Source: a virus (lineage: Duplodnaviria; Caudoviricetes). Taken from it: DNA of 57,769 bases. Made by a program: the position numbers and the translations under genes. Positions 36,021 through 44,512 of this stretch are shown in pieces; positions within the stretch are counted from its first letter, which is position 1, and each line of letters opens with the position of its first letter. The DNA lies in IMG/VR virus record IMGVR_UViG_3300006754_000018, positions 1 through 57,769 of that record; one strand, written 5' to 3'. A model generated the notes under the pieces. It did no database searches and was not told the origin of the DNA. It worked only from the letters and a program-made list of their open reading frames with translations.

Positions 36021-37403
36021 TTACTCGATACCGTAAGAGTCACGAATTAGATTTAAAGATGTAGTATTAGTACCACCTGATATTTCAAAATGGTGCCTCA
36101 CTGATCTAATCAAATAAAGACTACTTTGTTGAGCGTCTGCTTTTTGTACATTGCCAACAGTACCGTCTGCTTTGGGCAGTTCAACGTATATTATATCACC
36201 TGCCTTGAGATTTGGGTTAATTGGTATCACTATATTTAGGGACTGTGTGAAAAGCAAGTTATATCTAGAAAAGGATTTACACATGTCGGATTTATCCCGT
36301 CCCTGTGTAGACATCTCACTGTTTTTACTTTCAGCAAAAGCTGGATCCCACATTCCAGTGTCACCAATTCTACACATTATTCTAGAAGAATAATCAATAA
36401 GTTCCCTCTCATCACCTTCGCCTGGAAGAGGTATAAAATCAGCTGATGTATTAAGGTTTTCTTTCTCGTCTTTCAATTCATACCTAATAGCATCTAATTG
36501 CCAATCAACTGGATCAAAGAAATACTGTAGATTATTGTATAATCCTGTTCTAAGATTCTTTTGTACATCAGTATTCTTATCAATAAAATAATGAATGATC
36601 TGCCTATCTGTTGTCTCTCTATCAGCTACACTAGATGCAGTATATTTTGGTATCTCTTTATTATCTGATGATTTACTATTAGTCTTCGCAGAAAGTAATG
36701 TCTCAATGGATTTAAAATTAAACCCATCTCTAGTCTCCCAAAAGAAAAATCCAGCTGTACCTCTTGCTTTTGAATCCTTACCTTTACCCTCAGTTCCAGA
36801 CTTAGACTGAGATGCTGTTGATGCTTTAGGAGCTAACCAAACCAATACCTGAAAGGGTTTCTTCATGTTACCCATGAAACCATAGGTAGTAGAAGATTCT
36901 TCTATATCATTTATTCTAGAACTATCTACCTTTAAAACTTCAGTAAGGATAGTTCTCACATGAGTACTAATACTTTGAATTTCAAATCTATTACTACACC
37001 TACTAATTTCATTATTAAAACATTCCTTAGTCTTACAAACTAATGTAAAAGTCTCACTAGTTTCATCCTGTATCAAATCCCTAACAGCAGCAACATAAAG
37101 AGGAGGTGTCTTTGACTCTCCATCAAATGACAAATCCCCATACTCAGTACCAAGGATAAGATCAAGTCTCTCAAATCCCCGTATAGGTATCGCACTATAA
37201 GCACCAGCAGTAGTATTAAGTTTAATATAAGCAGTTACATTAGGTGATAAGATATCCTCAAAATAATCAACAGTAACAATACCTTCCTCAATTCGGAAAG
37301 CCTTCCTATTACCAGACTCATCCAAAGAAGTCTTTGGAGGATTAGATCCCTTACATGGAGTAAGAGCTGCCTTCTTTATTGTAATATTCTGTAGAGATGA
37401 CAT
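36021..37403 (-). CDS. Baseplate hub protein (gp27-like)
   Basis: YFEDILSP, GFFFWETRDGFNFKSIE, YLI...H...T.L.LIRDS motifs; context. Confidence 0.65.
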   Translation of the reverse strand: MSSLQNITIKKAALTPCKGSNPPKTSLDESGNRKAFRIEEGIVTVDYFEDILSPNVTAYIKLNTTAGAYSAIPIRGFERLDLILGTEYGDLSFDGESKTPPLYVAAVRDLIQDETSETFTLVCKTKECFNNEISRCSNRFEIQSISTHVRTILTEVLKVDSSRINDIEESSTTYGFMGNMKKPFQVLVWLAPKASTASQSKSGTEGKGKDSKARGTAGFFFWETRDGFNFKSIETLLSAKTNSKSSDNKEIPKYTASSVADRETTDRQIIHYFIDKNTDVQKNLRTGLYNNLQYFFDPVDWQLDAIRYELKDEKENLNTSADFIPLPGEGDERELIDYSSRIMCRIGDTGMWDPAFAESKNSEMSTQGRDKSDMCKSFSRYNLLFTQSLNIVIPINPNLKAGDIIYVELPKADGTVGNVQKADAQQSSLYLIRSVRHHFEISGGTNTTSLNLIRDSYGIE

Positions 37404-37404
37404 G

Positions 37405-39180
37405 TTATCCTGTGTATCCTAATTTAGTTAAAAAGAGATCTGACATTTGAACTCCTCCACCACCCATAATTACCATTTGAGGGCCTCCTCCTTGGTTGCC
37501 ACCACTAACCACAACAGCATTCCCTTTTCGATCTGGTGGAGCCTGTGAAATAAGGTATGTATTGTTATTTACCAAACGACGTTTGGTCTTATTATAAAAA
37601 GGATACTCCTCTGGAACAGACTGAGCAACTTGAATTGGAACAACTCCACTCTTTTGTAATGTAGTTGAAACATCAGCAGGAGGTAGGGAGGAATGAGGTG
37701 GATGAGGAGGACCAGCCTTAGAATCTGTAGTCAAATGACCAACCCAAGTATGACCAGTTCCAGGCAAAATACCACTAACACCCTCATTACCACCATAAGC
37801 GTTGACATCAGTTAAAGCAACTGGAACCTTAGTACCTTCTGGTACAAATATATCTACTGATCTACCATCACCACTGTGTGAATGTTGTTGAATACCTAAT
37901 TTTATTAACTCAGTAATCTGTTCTTTACTCATTCCTTTTTCAAATTTCTGACCACCAGCTAATTCTGTTGGTACATCTTGTGCTACTAACTTCTCTACTA
38001 TAGGGATAACATCTTTTATAAGATCATTAACAGTACCACTATTAGTTTGGAAATGTCCATGAACCCATCCAGCAGCATTGCTTATGCGTCCAGTTGATCC
38101 AAATGTCGAACCACCACCAGTACCCTGAGCTAAAAGACCACCCATACCACCAGTAGAAGCTAGCAATGTCTCATCATTAGAAGGAAAAACAGAACTTGTT
38201 GGTTTAAACGATCCATATCCAACTCTATCACCTATATTAATTTTATTTCCATCACGATCATAATTATCTTCATCGTGTTTTTTATTAGGATTATTTGATC
38301 TTTTGTGGAGGGCCTCCACATCCGTATAATTTAATTTAATCTTAGAGAAGTTCTCTTCATCAAGAGCCCCATCAGCACGAGGGAACCCATCTTTATCAAC
38401 TGTTCTTTCAGGTTCATTCTTTTTATCAAAATCAAACCAATTAAATGTAAGAGCATCTAAAGTACCACCAGTAATTCTTTTAGTTCCTTCCAGCATATCT
38501 CTAGCTCTGTCACCAGACCATTCCCAGAAAGATGGGCCCATTGCTCTCATTAATAACCCACTATCGACAAGTTGTTCTAGTTCTTTTGATAACTTATAGA
38601 ACTTATCAACATCCAATTTCTCCTTCTTTGTTATACTATCATCCTCCTTCTTCATTAAACCACCAGTAAGAGACTTAGGCTGATTTGACTTAACACTTGC
38701 AAGATTCTTTACAGTCTTATCAATATTACTCTTTCTCTGTTCTGCAACATCATCAAAAGTTTTCTGTCCCTCCTCAGCTTTCTTCTTCTCAGCACTGAGT
38801 TCCTTCTTCATCTTATTCTTATCACCACCATATTGTTCTTGCAATACAGTCTCAGTTGTTCCTTTCTCTTCTGTTGGAGGAGCAAAAGCTAATGCTCCCA
38901 TAGTAAGTAATGCACTACCAGCAGATATAGGTAACATTTTATCCATGAAACCACCACCAAATCCAGAAGAACCAGATCCTTTAGCACCTTGAAGTCTATC
39001 AAGACTCTTAATAAATGCTTTGGCTTTAAAAAAAGTAACAGGTTCTGGTAACTTTACCTTAGAGAAATCAGCTACCTTACCAGTAATAAACTTATTAAAG
39101 TCCTTTATACGATTGTCAGCCTTTTTGACAGTCTTCTTAACCTTCTTTGTAACCTTATCGACAGAAATACCAGGCTTCAT
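37405..39180 (-). CDS. Tail/baseplate hub protein with possible His-rich peptidase-like domain
   Basis: Basic N-terminus, TM-like segment, HGHFQ / HSHSGDGRSVD / GHL motifs. Confidence 0.6.
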   Translation of the reverse strand: MKPGISVDKVTKKVKKTVKKADNRIKDFNKFITGKVADFSKVKLPEPVTFFKAKAFIKSLDRLQGAKGSGSSGFGGGFMDKMLPISAGSALLTMGALAFAPPTEEKGTTETVLQEQYGGDKNKMKKELSAEKKKAEEGQKTFDDVAEQRKSNIDKTVKNLASVKSNQPKSLTGGLMKKEDDSITKKEKLDVDKFYKLSKELEQLVDSGLLMRAMGPSFWEWSGDRARDMLEGTKRITGGTLDALTFNWFDFDKKNEPERTVDKDGFPRADGALDEENFSKIKLNYTDVEALHKRSNNPNKKHDEDNYDRDGNKINIGDRVGYGSFKPTSSVFPSNDETLLASTGGMGGLLAQGTGGGSTFGSTGRISNAAGWVHGHFQTNSGTVNDLIKDVIPIVEKLVAQDVPTELAGGQKFEKGMSKEQITELIKLGIQQHSHSGDGRSVDIFVPEGTKVPVALTDVNAYGGNEGVSGILPGTGHTWVGHLTTDSKAGPPHPPHSSLPPADVSTTLQKSGVVPIQVAQSVPEEYPFYNKTKRRLVNNNTYLISQAPPDRKGNAVVVSGGNQGGGPQMVIMGGGGVQMSDLFLTKLGYTG

Positions 39181-40772
39181 AATGCATCCACAATGTTATA
39201 CGTATTTTTGCTATACATGATAGCAATATTATTATTATCAAATGGTAGTAAGAATGGAACTCTAGAAGAATTAGAAGTATCTTGAGTTGATGCTATTGGT
39301 TGAGTTCCTTGTCTAGCAGCTTTATTAGGATCAGTTCCGAGAGGAACAGGAATTATATTCTCATTCGTCTCTACATCTGTAGATGCATCTGCTTGTTGAG
39401 ACACTCCAAGAGAATTATCCTTTCTTATATTAGAGTCACCTTTAGAAGGTTCTACTTTTGTTTGATTCTCTTTATCAGCATTCCAAGTATCACCAGTCAA
39501 TCCATCGAAAATCTTAGCCATCACTTTCATAACACCTTTTGGTTTCTCTCCTTCAGGTGTTTCTATATTAGTATTCTTCTTATCAAAATCAAAAGCATTA
39601 AATGTAAAGAGATCTCCTATACCTCTTATCACACTTGATATCCCCGTATGACCAGATTCGCCACGCTTACCTTTCATTCCTTCCTTACCATCAGTACCAT
39701 CCTCTTTGGCAGGTTTAGTACTTAATACATTAGATGTTGTAAGGGGAGTTGATTGTTGAACAGTACTTTCACCTGTACCATCCCCATCACCATGATCAGC
39801 AACCTTTACACCACTTCCAGTTGTCTCAGGAATTACTTTTTCTTTTGTAGTAACAGTACTATCTGGTTCTTGATAGGGTATTACCTGTAATTTCTGTACT
39901 GGGGCCGCAGATGTCTCATCTTCCCTTGGTAGGATAACATCTAATTCTGCTGGTGCCTCGCCTGGTATTAAGGCTGTCTGTGTTGTACCTGCTAAACTCT
40001 TCGGTTTTTCTTGTTCTTCTCCATTTTCAGGTTTTACTTCTTCTTCTTCTGGATCCTTCCCTTTAGCAGCTTTCTTTACCTGATCTTCAAAATTCCAAAT
40101 AGTTTCCTGAAGAGTCTTAACTGCTTTATTAAATTTCTTTATTTCCTTCTTGTTTAATAATTCTGTACCTTCTACTGGTTCTATTGGTGTAACCTTACTT
40201 CCTGGCTTAACCTTTTGTGATTCTCTACCTTTCTTCAGTAATTTACTAACACCCCAAGTTGTCAAAGCAATTAACCCAAGAGTTGCAGCACCCTTGAGAA
40301 TATTCTGAATTAAACCACCTTTCTTCTTCTTAGGTTCCTTAGCACTCTGAGTCTTAGGAGATAAATTTATTTTAGTAAGTTTCTTGAGAAGACTGACAAA
40401 TATCTTCTTAGCCTTGTCAATAAACTTAAATATCTCTTGAAGTGGTTTCTTAAGAGATTGCAAACTCTTTGCGAATGCTTCTAACTGACCCAGACCACCT
40501 TTAAAGATCTTAGCCAACATGGCTCTGGGATCAAATGGTTGTACTGCTTTGGAAACCTTCTTAACTATTTTTGGTTGGAGTCTAGTAATCTGACTCTTAA
40601 CTATCTTACGTACTTTAGTAACAGTTACTGGAGTACCATCATCCTCTGGAAGTTGTAACTTCTTAATGGATCCCTTAAGTACCGAATCCGCTCCTTTAAC
40701 TTTTCCTTCAGTCTTAGGAGAACCCTTTGATGAAGAAATCTTTCTGTTAAGTATAGGTGAAGCTACTACCAT
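39177..40772 (-). CDS. Tail/baseplate hub (tape-measure-like) protein
   Basis: Lys-rich helical N-terminus, short GXY run; directly after gp51. Confidence 0.6.
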   Translation of the reverse strand: MVVASPILNRKISSSKGSPKTEGKVKGADSVLKGSIKKLQLPEDDGTPVTVTKVRKIVKSQITRLQPKIVKKVSKAVQPFDPRAMLAKIFKGGLGQLEAFAKSLQSLKKPLQEIFKFIDKAKKIFVSLLKKLTKINLSPKTQSAKEPKKKKGGLIQNILKGAATLGLIALTTWGVSKLLKKGRESQKVKPGSKVTPIEPVEGTELLNKKEIKKFNKAVKTLQETIWNFEDQVKKAAKGKDPEEEEVKPENGEEQEKPKSLAGTTQTALIPGEAPAELDVILPREDETSAAPVQKLQVIPYQEPDSTVTTKEKVIPETTGSGVKVADHGDGDGTGESTVQQSTPLTTSNVLSTKPAKEDGTDGKEGMKGKRGESGHTGISSVIRGIGDLFTFNAFDFDKKNTNIETPEGEKPKGVMKVMAKIFDGLTGDTWNADKENQTKVEPSKGDSNIRKDNSLGVSQQADASTDVETNENIIPVPLGTDPNKAARQGTQPIASTQDTSNSSRVPFLLPFDNNNIAIMYSKNTYNIVDAL

Positions 40773-40961
40773 CTATTGAGCCTGATTTGCTGCTTTTTGT
40801 TTGGCCTTTAAATTCTCTTCTTCAATGTGTTGCCTGAGCAACCCAACATAGATGTCCCGTTCCCACGAAACCATATTTTCAATTTCCGTCAGTGAATATT
40901 TATGGAACTGCATCAAAGCAAAGTTGATTCGGAAGTATGTCTCAAGATCTACATGAGCCAT
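40773..40961 (-). CDS. gp51: Baseplate hub assembly catalyst gp51
   Basis: YFRINFALMQFHKYSLTEIENM..WERDIYV. Confidence 0.9.
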   Translation of the reverse strand: MAHVDLETYFRINFALMQFHKYSLTEIENMVSWERDIYVGLLRQHIEEENLKAKQKAANQAQ

Positions 40962-40963
40962 AC

Positions 40964-41734
40964 TTAGGCGAAAAAATCAGAGAGTCCCTCCAATGTGACA
41001 GGATTATCCTTACCAGTCTTAGGATTGGTAACAACAATATCATGGGTAAGTTTAGGCATAGTCTCAAAGAAGTTTTCAATCTTCTTGAATTGCTCTGAAG
41101 TAAGAGATTCAAGCCATTCTACAAGTTCCTTCTTAGTACATTCTTTAGCAGCCCAAACATTATCATCACTATAAACCATATCAATAGAAGATGCAATAAT
41201 CTGGAAAGACTTTTCAACCCCTCCATCATCTGGAGCACCAGCTCCTCGGATATCAGAATAGAGGAGCTGGTGCTCCACTCCATCATCAGAGAAATTATCA
41301 TCTAAGAATTGATTCAAAGAAGGATACTTCATCTTAAGAGTATATCCCTCACCCAATTGGATCTCTTGACTATGATTAGGATCGGTTTTAACCTCAACCT
41401 CATCAATGTTAATAAAAGCTGGGACTTGGGTTTCACCATCATCACCACAGGTAACAACAATTTCAATCTGTTCTCCAACAGACTTACCACGAACATTCAA
41501 AAAGATATATTCAATATCAAAACTAGGAAGAGTATCAACTTTGATTCCTCTAGTAATGATACAGTCTTTTAATACCTGTTTGACTGCGTTGGAAATTTGT
41601 TTTGGGTTCTGTGATTCTAAGGCTAGAATTAGAATCTTCTCTTCTCTAACTAAAAACGGTCTAAACTTAATTGTCTTTCCTGTAGAAGGTAGAGTCAATT
41701 CATGTTGAGAAGTACTAATTTTTGGTAAAGGCAT
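40964..41734 (-). CDS. gp26: Baseplate hub subunit gp26
   Basis: MPLPKI...LPSTGK.IKFRPFLVREEKIL...GKSVGE...LEGLSDFF. Confidence 0.95.
   Translation of the reverse strand: MPLPKISTSQHELTLPSTGKTIKFRPFLVREEKILILALESQNPKQISNAVKQVLKDCIITRGIKVDTLPSFDIEYIFLNVRGKSVGEQIEIVVTCGDDGETQVPAFINIDEVEVKTDPNHSQEIQLGEGYTLKMKYPSLNQFLDDNFSDDGVEHQLLYSDIRGAGAPDDGGVEKSFQIIASSIDMVYSDDNVWAAKECTKKELVEWLESLTSEQFKKIENFFETMPKLTHDIVVTNPKTGKDNPVTLEGLSDFFA
41221..41287. repeat. 47-bp hairpin (17-bp perfect inverted repeats) flanked by 10-bp direct repeats; in-frame insertion in gp26
   Basis: CTCCATCATC [TGGAGCACCAGCTCCTC-N13-GAGGAGCTGGTGCTCCA] CTCCATCATC. Confidence 0.9.
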
Positions 41735-41765
41735 GATAAGTTATCAATTCATTCATATCTAAAGT

Positions 41766-41772
41766 TATTTAG
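41766..41772 (-). promoter_or_regulatory. T4-type late promoter (CTAAATA)
   Basis: About 30 nt upstream of gp26. Confidence 0.6.
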
Positions 41773-41789
41773 AGGGTTTTTTAAGACTT

Positions 41790-42047
41790 TTATCCCTGTG
41801 CTCTATCACCTTTCTGTGTATATTCATCTTGTTTCGTAAAGAACTCACTCATGCTTGATTGACAATCAGGTGGTTCAGGGTACTTATATCCTTTCATCTT
41901 TCTCCATTTTCCATGCATTGCACCCATCATCCAGCTAGCTGCAAGACTCTTGGGACCATTCTCAAGCAGATCTAACTCATACTTGCTAGAGGTATAACCC
42001 TTATACTCTTCTCTCCAATTAGAATCGTCAAATGGTGGTTTGTTCAT
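41790..42047 (-). CDS. Conserved cyanophage hypothetical protein
   Basis: DDSNWREEY...LLENGPKSL motif; start taken at MNKPP. Confidence 0.75.
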   Translation of the reverse strand: MNKPPFDDSNWREEYKGYTSSKYELDLLENGPKSLAASWMMGAMHGKWRKMKGYKYPEPPDCQSSMSEFFTKQDEYTQKGDRAQG

Positions 42048-42558
42048 AGGTGTAAGTCTTTTTCCCAACTTTAGTGTGTCCATAGGGGCCAGTTTTATTT
42101 GGCCTTACTTGTCCGAGTTTAGAACCTTTATTAGAAACTCCAGTCGAGGTCTTTTTAGCTCTCTTGGCAGTAGGATGTAAAGTAGCTTTGCCTTTACCCT
42201 TCTTAGTGATTACTGAATCTTGGTTGTATTCTTTACCAAGACGTTTCATCCGTTTCTTAAAGGTCTTATACTTTTTCTTAGGAGCATTAACAACAACAGA
42301 TGGTTCACTCACTGTTTTTTTGTTGCCTTTATCATCCTTTTCAGGATATTCTCCTTTAACTTCCTTATATCCATAGCCGTGACTACGGATCTTCTGACGT
42401 AACTCCTTGTTACTCTTTTTATTCTCCTTTTTTGACTTATCACCTCTTGTTGCAGTTAGAACTGCCGTGTTGCGACTCTTGGAATGAGAAACCACACGAG
42501 ACATTCCACCCTCAGTAAGAGAGTTACATTCTAACACAAATTCGATGAAAGTCTTCAT
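42028..42558 (-). CDS. Basic protein with T4 capsid-targeting-like N-terminus (possible internal head protein)
   Basis: MKTFIEFVLE; late promoter ATAAATA at 42591-42597. Confidence 0.7.
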   Translation of the reverse strand: MKTFIEFVLECNSLTEGGMSRVVSHSKSRNTAVLTATRGDKSKKENKKSNKELRQKIRSHGYGYKEVKGEYPEKDDKGNKKTVSEPSVVVNAPKKKYKTFKKRMKRLGKEYNQDSVITKKGKGKATLHPTAKRAKKTSTGVSNKGSKLGQVRPNKTGPYGHTKVGKKTYTYEQTTI

Positions 42559-42593
42559 AGTACAGACACTTTGTAATGTGGCACAGTAATTAT

Positions 42594-43538
42594 TTATGCC
42601 AGACGGTTCTCATTAGCAGTGTTACTGGTTGGTGCTCCAGATGATGGTGGGAGTGCTGATCTGGCAGATCCACTTAAAACAGTCTGACCATCATGAGTTG
42701 TACCTTGTGAATTAGCCCACGTACTATCACCTTTATTATTATCAGGTTGTACGATAACGTACCTATCATATTTGAAATTAACAGTAACTTGAAGGACCTG
42801 AGCATCCCCATAAGATAACTGAATACTATCAACACTTTCTGGGAAAGCATTAACAAACTGATATGATAGTGGATTTGGTCTCTCTGGTGGGGTCAATGGT
42901 GTTACAACTCCAGGCCTATTAATCATTTTACCCATATCACCCACCATCAATCCTTCATCCTTATTTCTTGCACCAGCCCCTATATTCCTTTCAAATTTAG
43001 TAACAGTAATATCTCTCTTATAACTATGTGGATACCTAAATCTATGAAATCCTTGTCTATCCTTCTGATTGGCATATCCAATTGGGTTACCTTGAACATT
43101 TCTCATACCACCATTAGCGGCATATACAGGATTAATAAAATTAATCCATTCTTGAAATAATCTAAGAACTTGATAATCAGCTGAAAGATAAAACTTTAAA
43201 TTTAAATCAACATAAGCTCTTGACTGTGCAAAGAATTCAGTTACACCCTGTCTTGCTCCAGACTCTTCAATTGAAGCTAAATTAGTACCAGGCAAACTTG
43301 CTTCTGAACATAAAAAATCAAACCTCGCTGCAGTACTCTTATTGAATACTCCAGAAGTAACAAGCCAAGTGTTTAAATCTGTATTAGCACTACCATTATT
43401 CTTGTCAGATAGACCCAATGACACCTTAAATGTATTGGATAAAGCAGGAGACCCTAAAAAATTCTGAAACGATTGAGCCGCTATCCCTTCTCCACCACCA
43501 TCATTGGTTATATTAGCGAGTAAGTTACTTTCTGCCAT
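42594..43538 (-). CDS. Baseplate tail-tube initiator (gp54/gp19-like)
   Basis: LCSEASLPG...FQEWINFI...Y.F.NAFP.S.....LSY...VTVNFKY; start taken at MAESN. Confidence 0.75.
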   Translation of the reverse strand: MAESNLLANITNDGGGEGIAAQSFQNFLGSPALSNTFKVSLGLSDKNNGSANTDLNTWLVTSGVFNKSTAARFDFLCSEASLPGTNLASIEESGARQGVTEFFAQSRAYVDLNLKFYLSADYQVLRLFQEWINFINPVYAANGGMRNVQGNPIGYANQKDRQGFHRFRYPHSYKRDITVTKFERNIGAGARNKDEGLMVGDMGKMINRPGVVTPLTPPERPNPLSYQFVNAFPESVDSIQLSYGDAQVLQVTVNFKYDRYVIVQPDNNKGDSTWANSQGTTHDGQTVLSGSARSALPPSSGAPTSNTANENRLA

Positions 43539-43571
43539 GTGATCTAAATAATGCCATGATCCCCACATACT

Positions 43572-44015
43572 ATGTATATGGCTTATAAGGGAAAATATAA
43601 ACCAAGACACACCAAAAAGTATAAAGGAGACCCAACCCAGATAATTTATAGATCACTCTGGGAAAGGAAATTCATGGAATACTGTGATCTGAATGAGAGT
43701 ATAAGTCAGTGGCAATCAGAAGAATTCTGGATTCCATATAAGAGTCCTCTGGATAATAAGATGCATAGGTACTTCCCTGACTTCTTTATTAAATACAAGG
43801 ACTCTAAAGGAAAGAAGAGATCAGTTGTAATAGAAGTCAAACCAAAGAAACAACTATTGATGCCCAAAAGAAATCCCAAGAAGAGAACAAAAGCCTGGGC
43901 ATATGAAGTACAAACATATGTTGTCAATCAAGCAAAATGGGAAGCAGCAAAGGATTACTGTGATAATAGAAAGTATGAGTTCAAAATCATGACAGAGGAT
44001 GACCTAGGGATATGA
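43572..44015 (+). CDS. gp4: Head completion nuclease gp4 (TnsA-like)
   Basis: KYKGDPTQIIYRSLWE...YFPDF...IEVKP...NQAKW. Confidence 0.95.
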   Translation: MYMAYKGKYKPRHTKKYKGDPTQIIYRSLWERKFMEYCDLNESISQWQSEEFWIPYKSPLDNKMHRYFPDFFIKYKDSKGKKRSVVIEVKPKKQLLMPKRNPKKRTKAWAYEVQTYVVNQAKWEAAKDYCDNRKYEFKIMTEDDLGI

Positions 44016-44512
44016 TTGCTGAAACAATAAAAAAGAGAGCTGGTAAAAAGAACAAAAGTGGAGATTGGTATGTCTCTCAATTGGAAGATGAATTAGCTCC
44101 TCTACAAGATAAAAATATCAGTTTTGTTGATACTGGAGGGATAACTCTTGGTAGCATGTTCTTCTTCTCTTATGGTGCAAAATTTCCAGAAAGATATGAA
44201 TTTTGGGATGTACAACCACTAGCAGTTGCACTCAGTTTTTATAAAGATGGATTCCTAGGTGCGAACTTACACTACATAAATCCCCAATATAGAGACGCAG
44301 TTGCAAGAAGCCTACTAAATAGTGGTAGCGAAGGTGCAACGACTGTACCTAAAAACACTTTGCACAAATACCTATACTCTGGTATAGGTAATCTATATCA
44401 AGTTCCTGATGGTGAAGATTGGGCGGAGATATCCCTTCTCCCGACTGAAAAATTTATGAATAACAAAGGAATGAAATATCCTAAACATAAAGCCTGGAAC
44501 TGGAAAAAATAA
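44012..44512 (+). CDS. gp2: DNA end protector gp2-like
   Basis: F.Y.AK...WD..PL...GFLGANLHY. Confidence 0.8.
   Translation: MIAETIKKRAGKKNKSGDWYVSQLEDELAPLQDKNISFVDTGGITLGSMFFFSYGAKFPERYEFWDVQPLAVALSFYKDGFLGANLHYINPQYRDAVARSLLNSGSEGATTVPKNTLHKYLYSGIGNLYQVPDGEDWAEISLLPTEKFMNNKGMKYPKHKAWNWKK

Noticed and set aside
41119-41301. Hydrophobic alternative-frame ORF in gp26 (possible toxin or holin started from the hairpin)
   Set aside because: Off-frame reading of AT-rich genes commonly gives such peptides, and the GAGGAG-ATG spacing (12 nt) is poor; unsupported without Ribo-seq
43572-44015. TnsA transposase
   Set aside because: It is head-completion gp4 in its usual gp4-gp2-gp48-gp53 context
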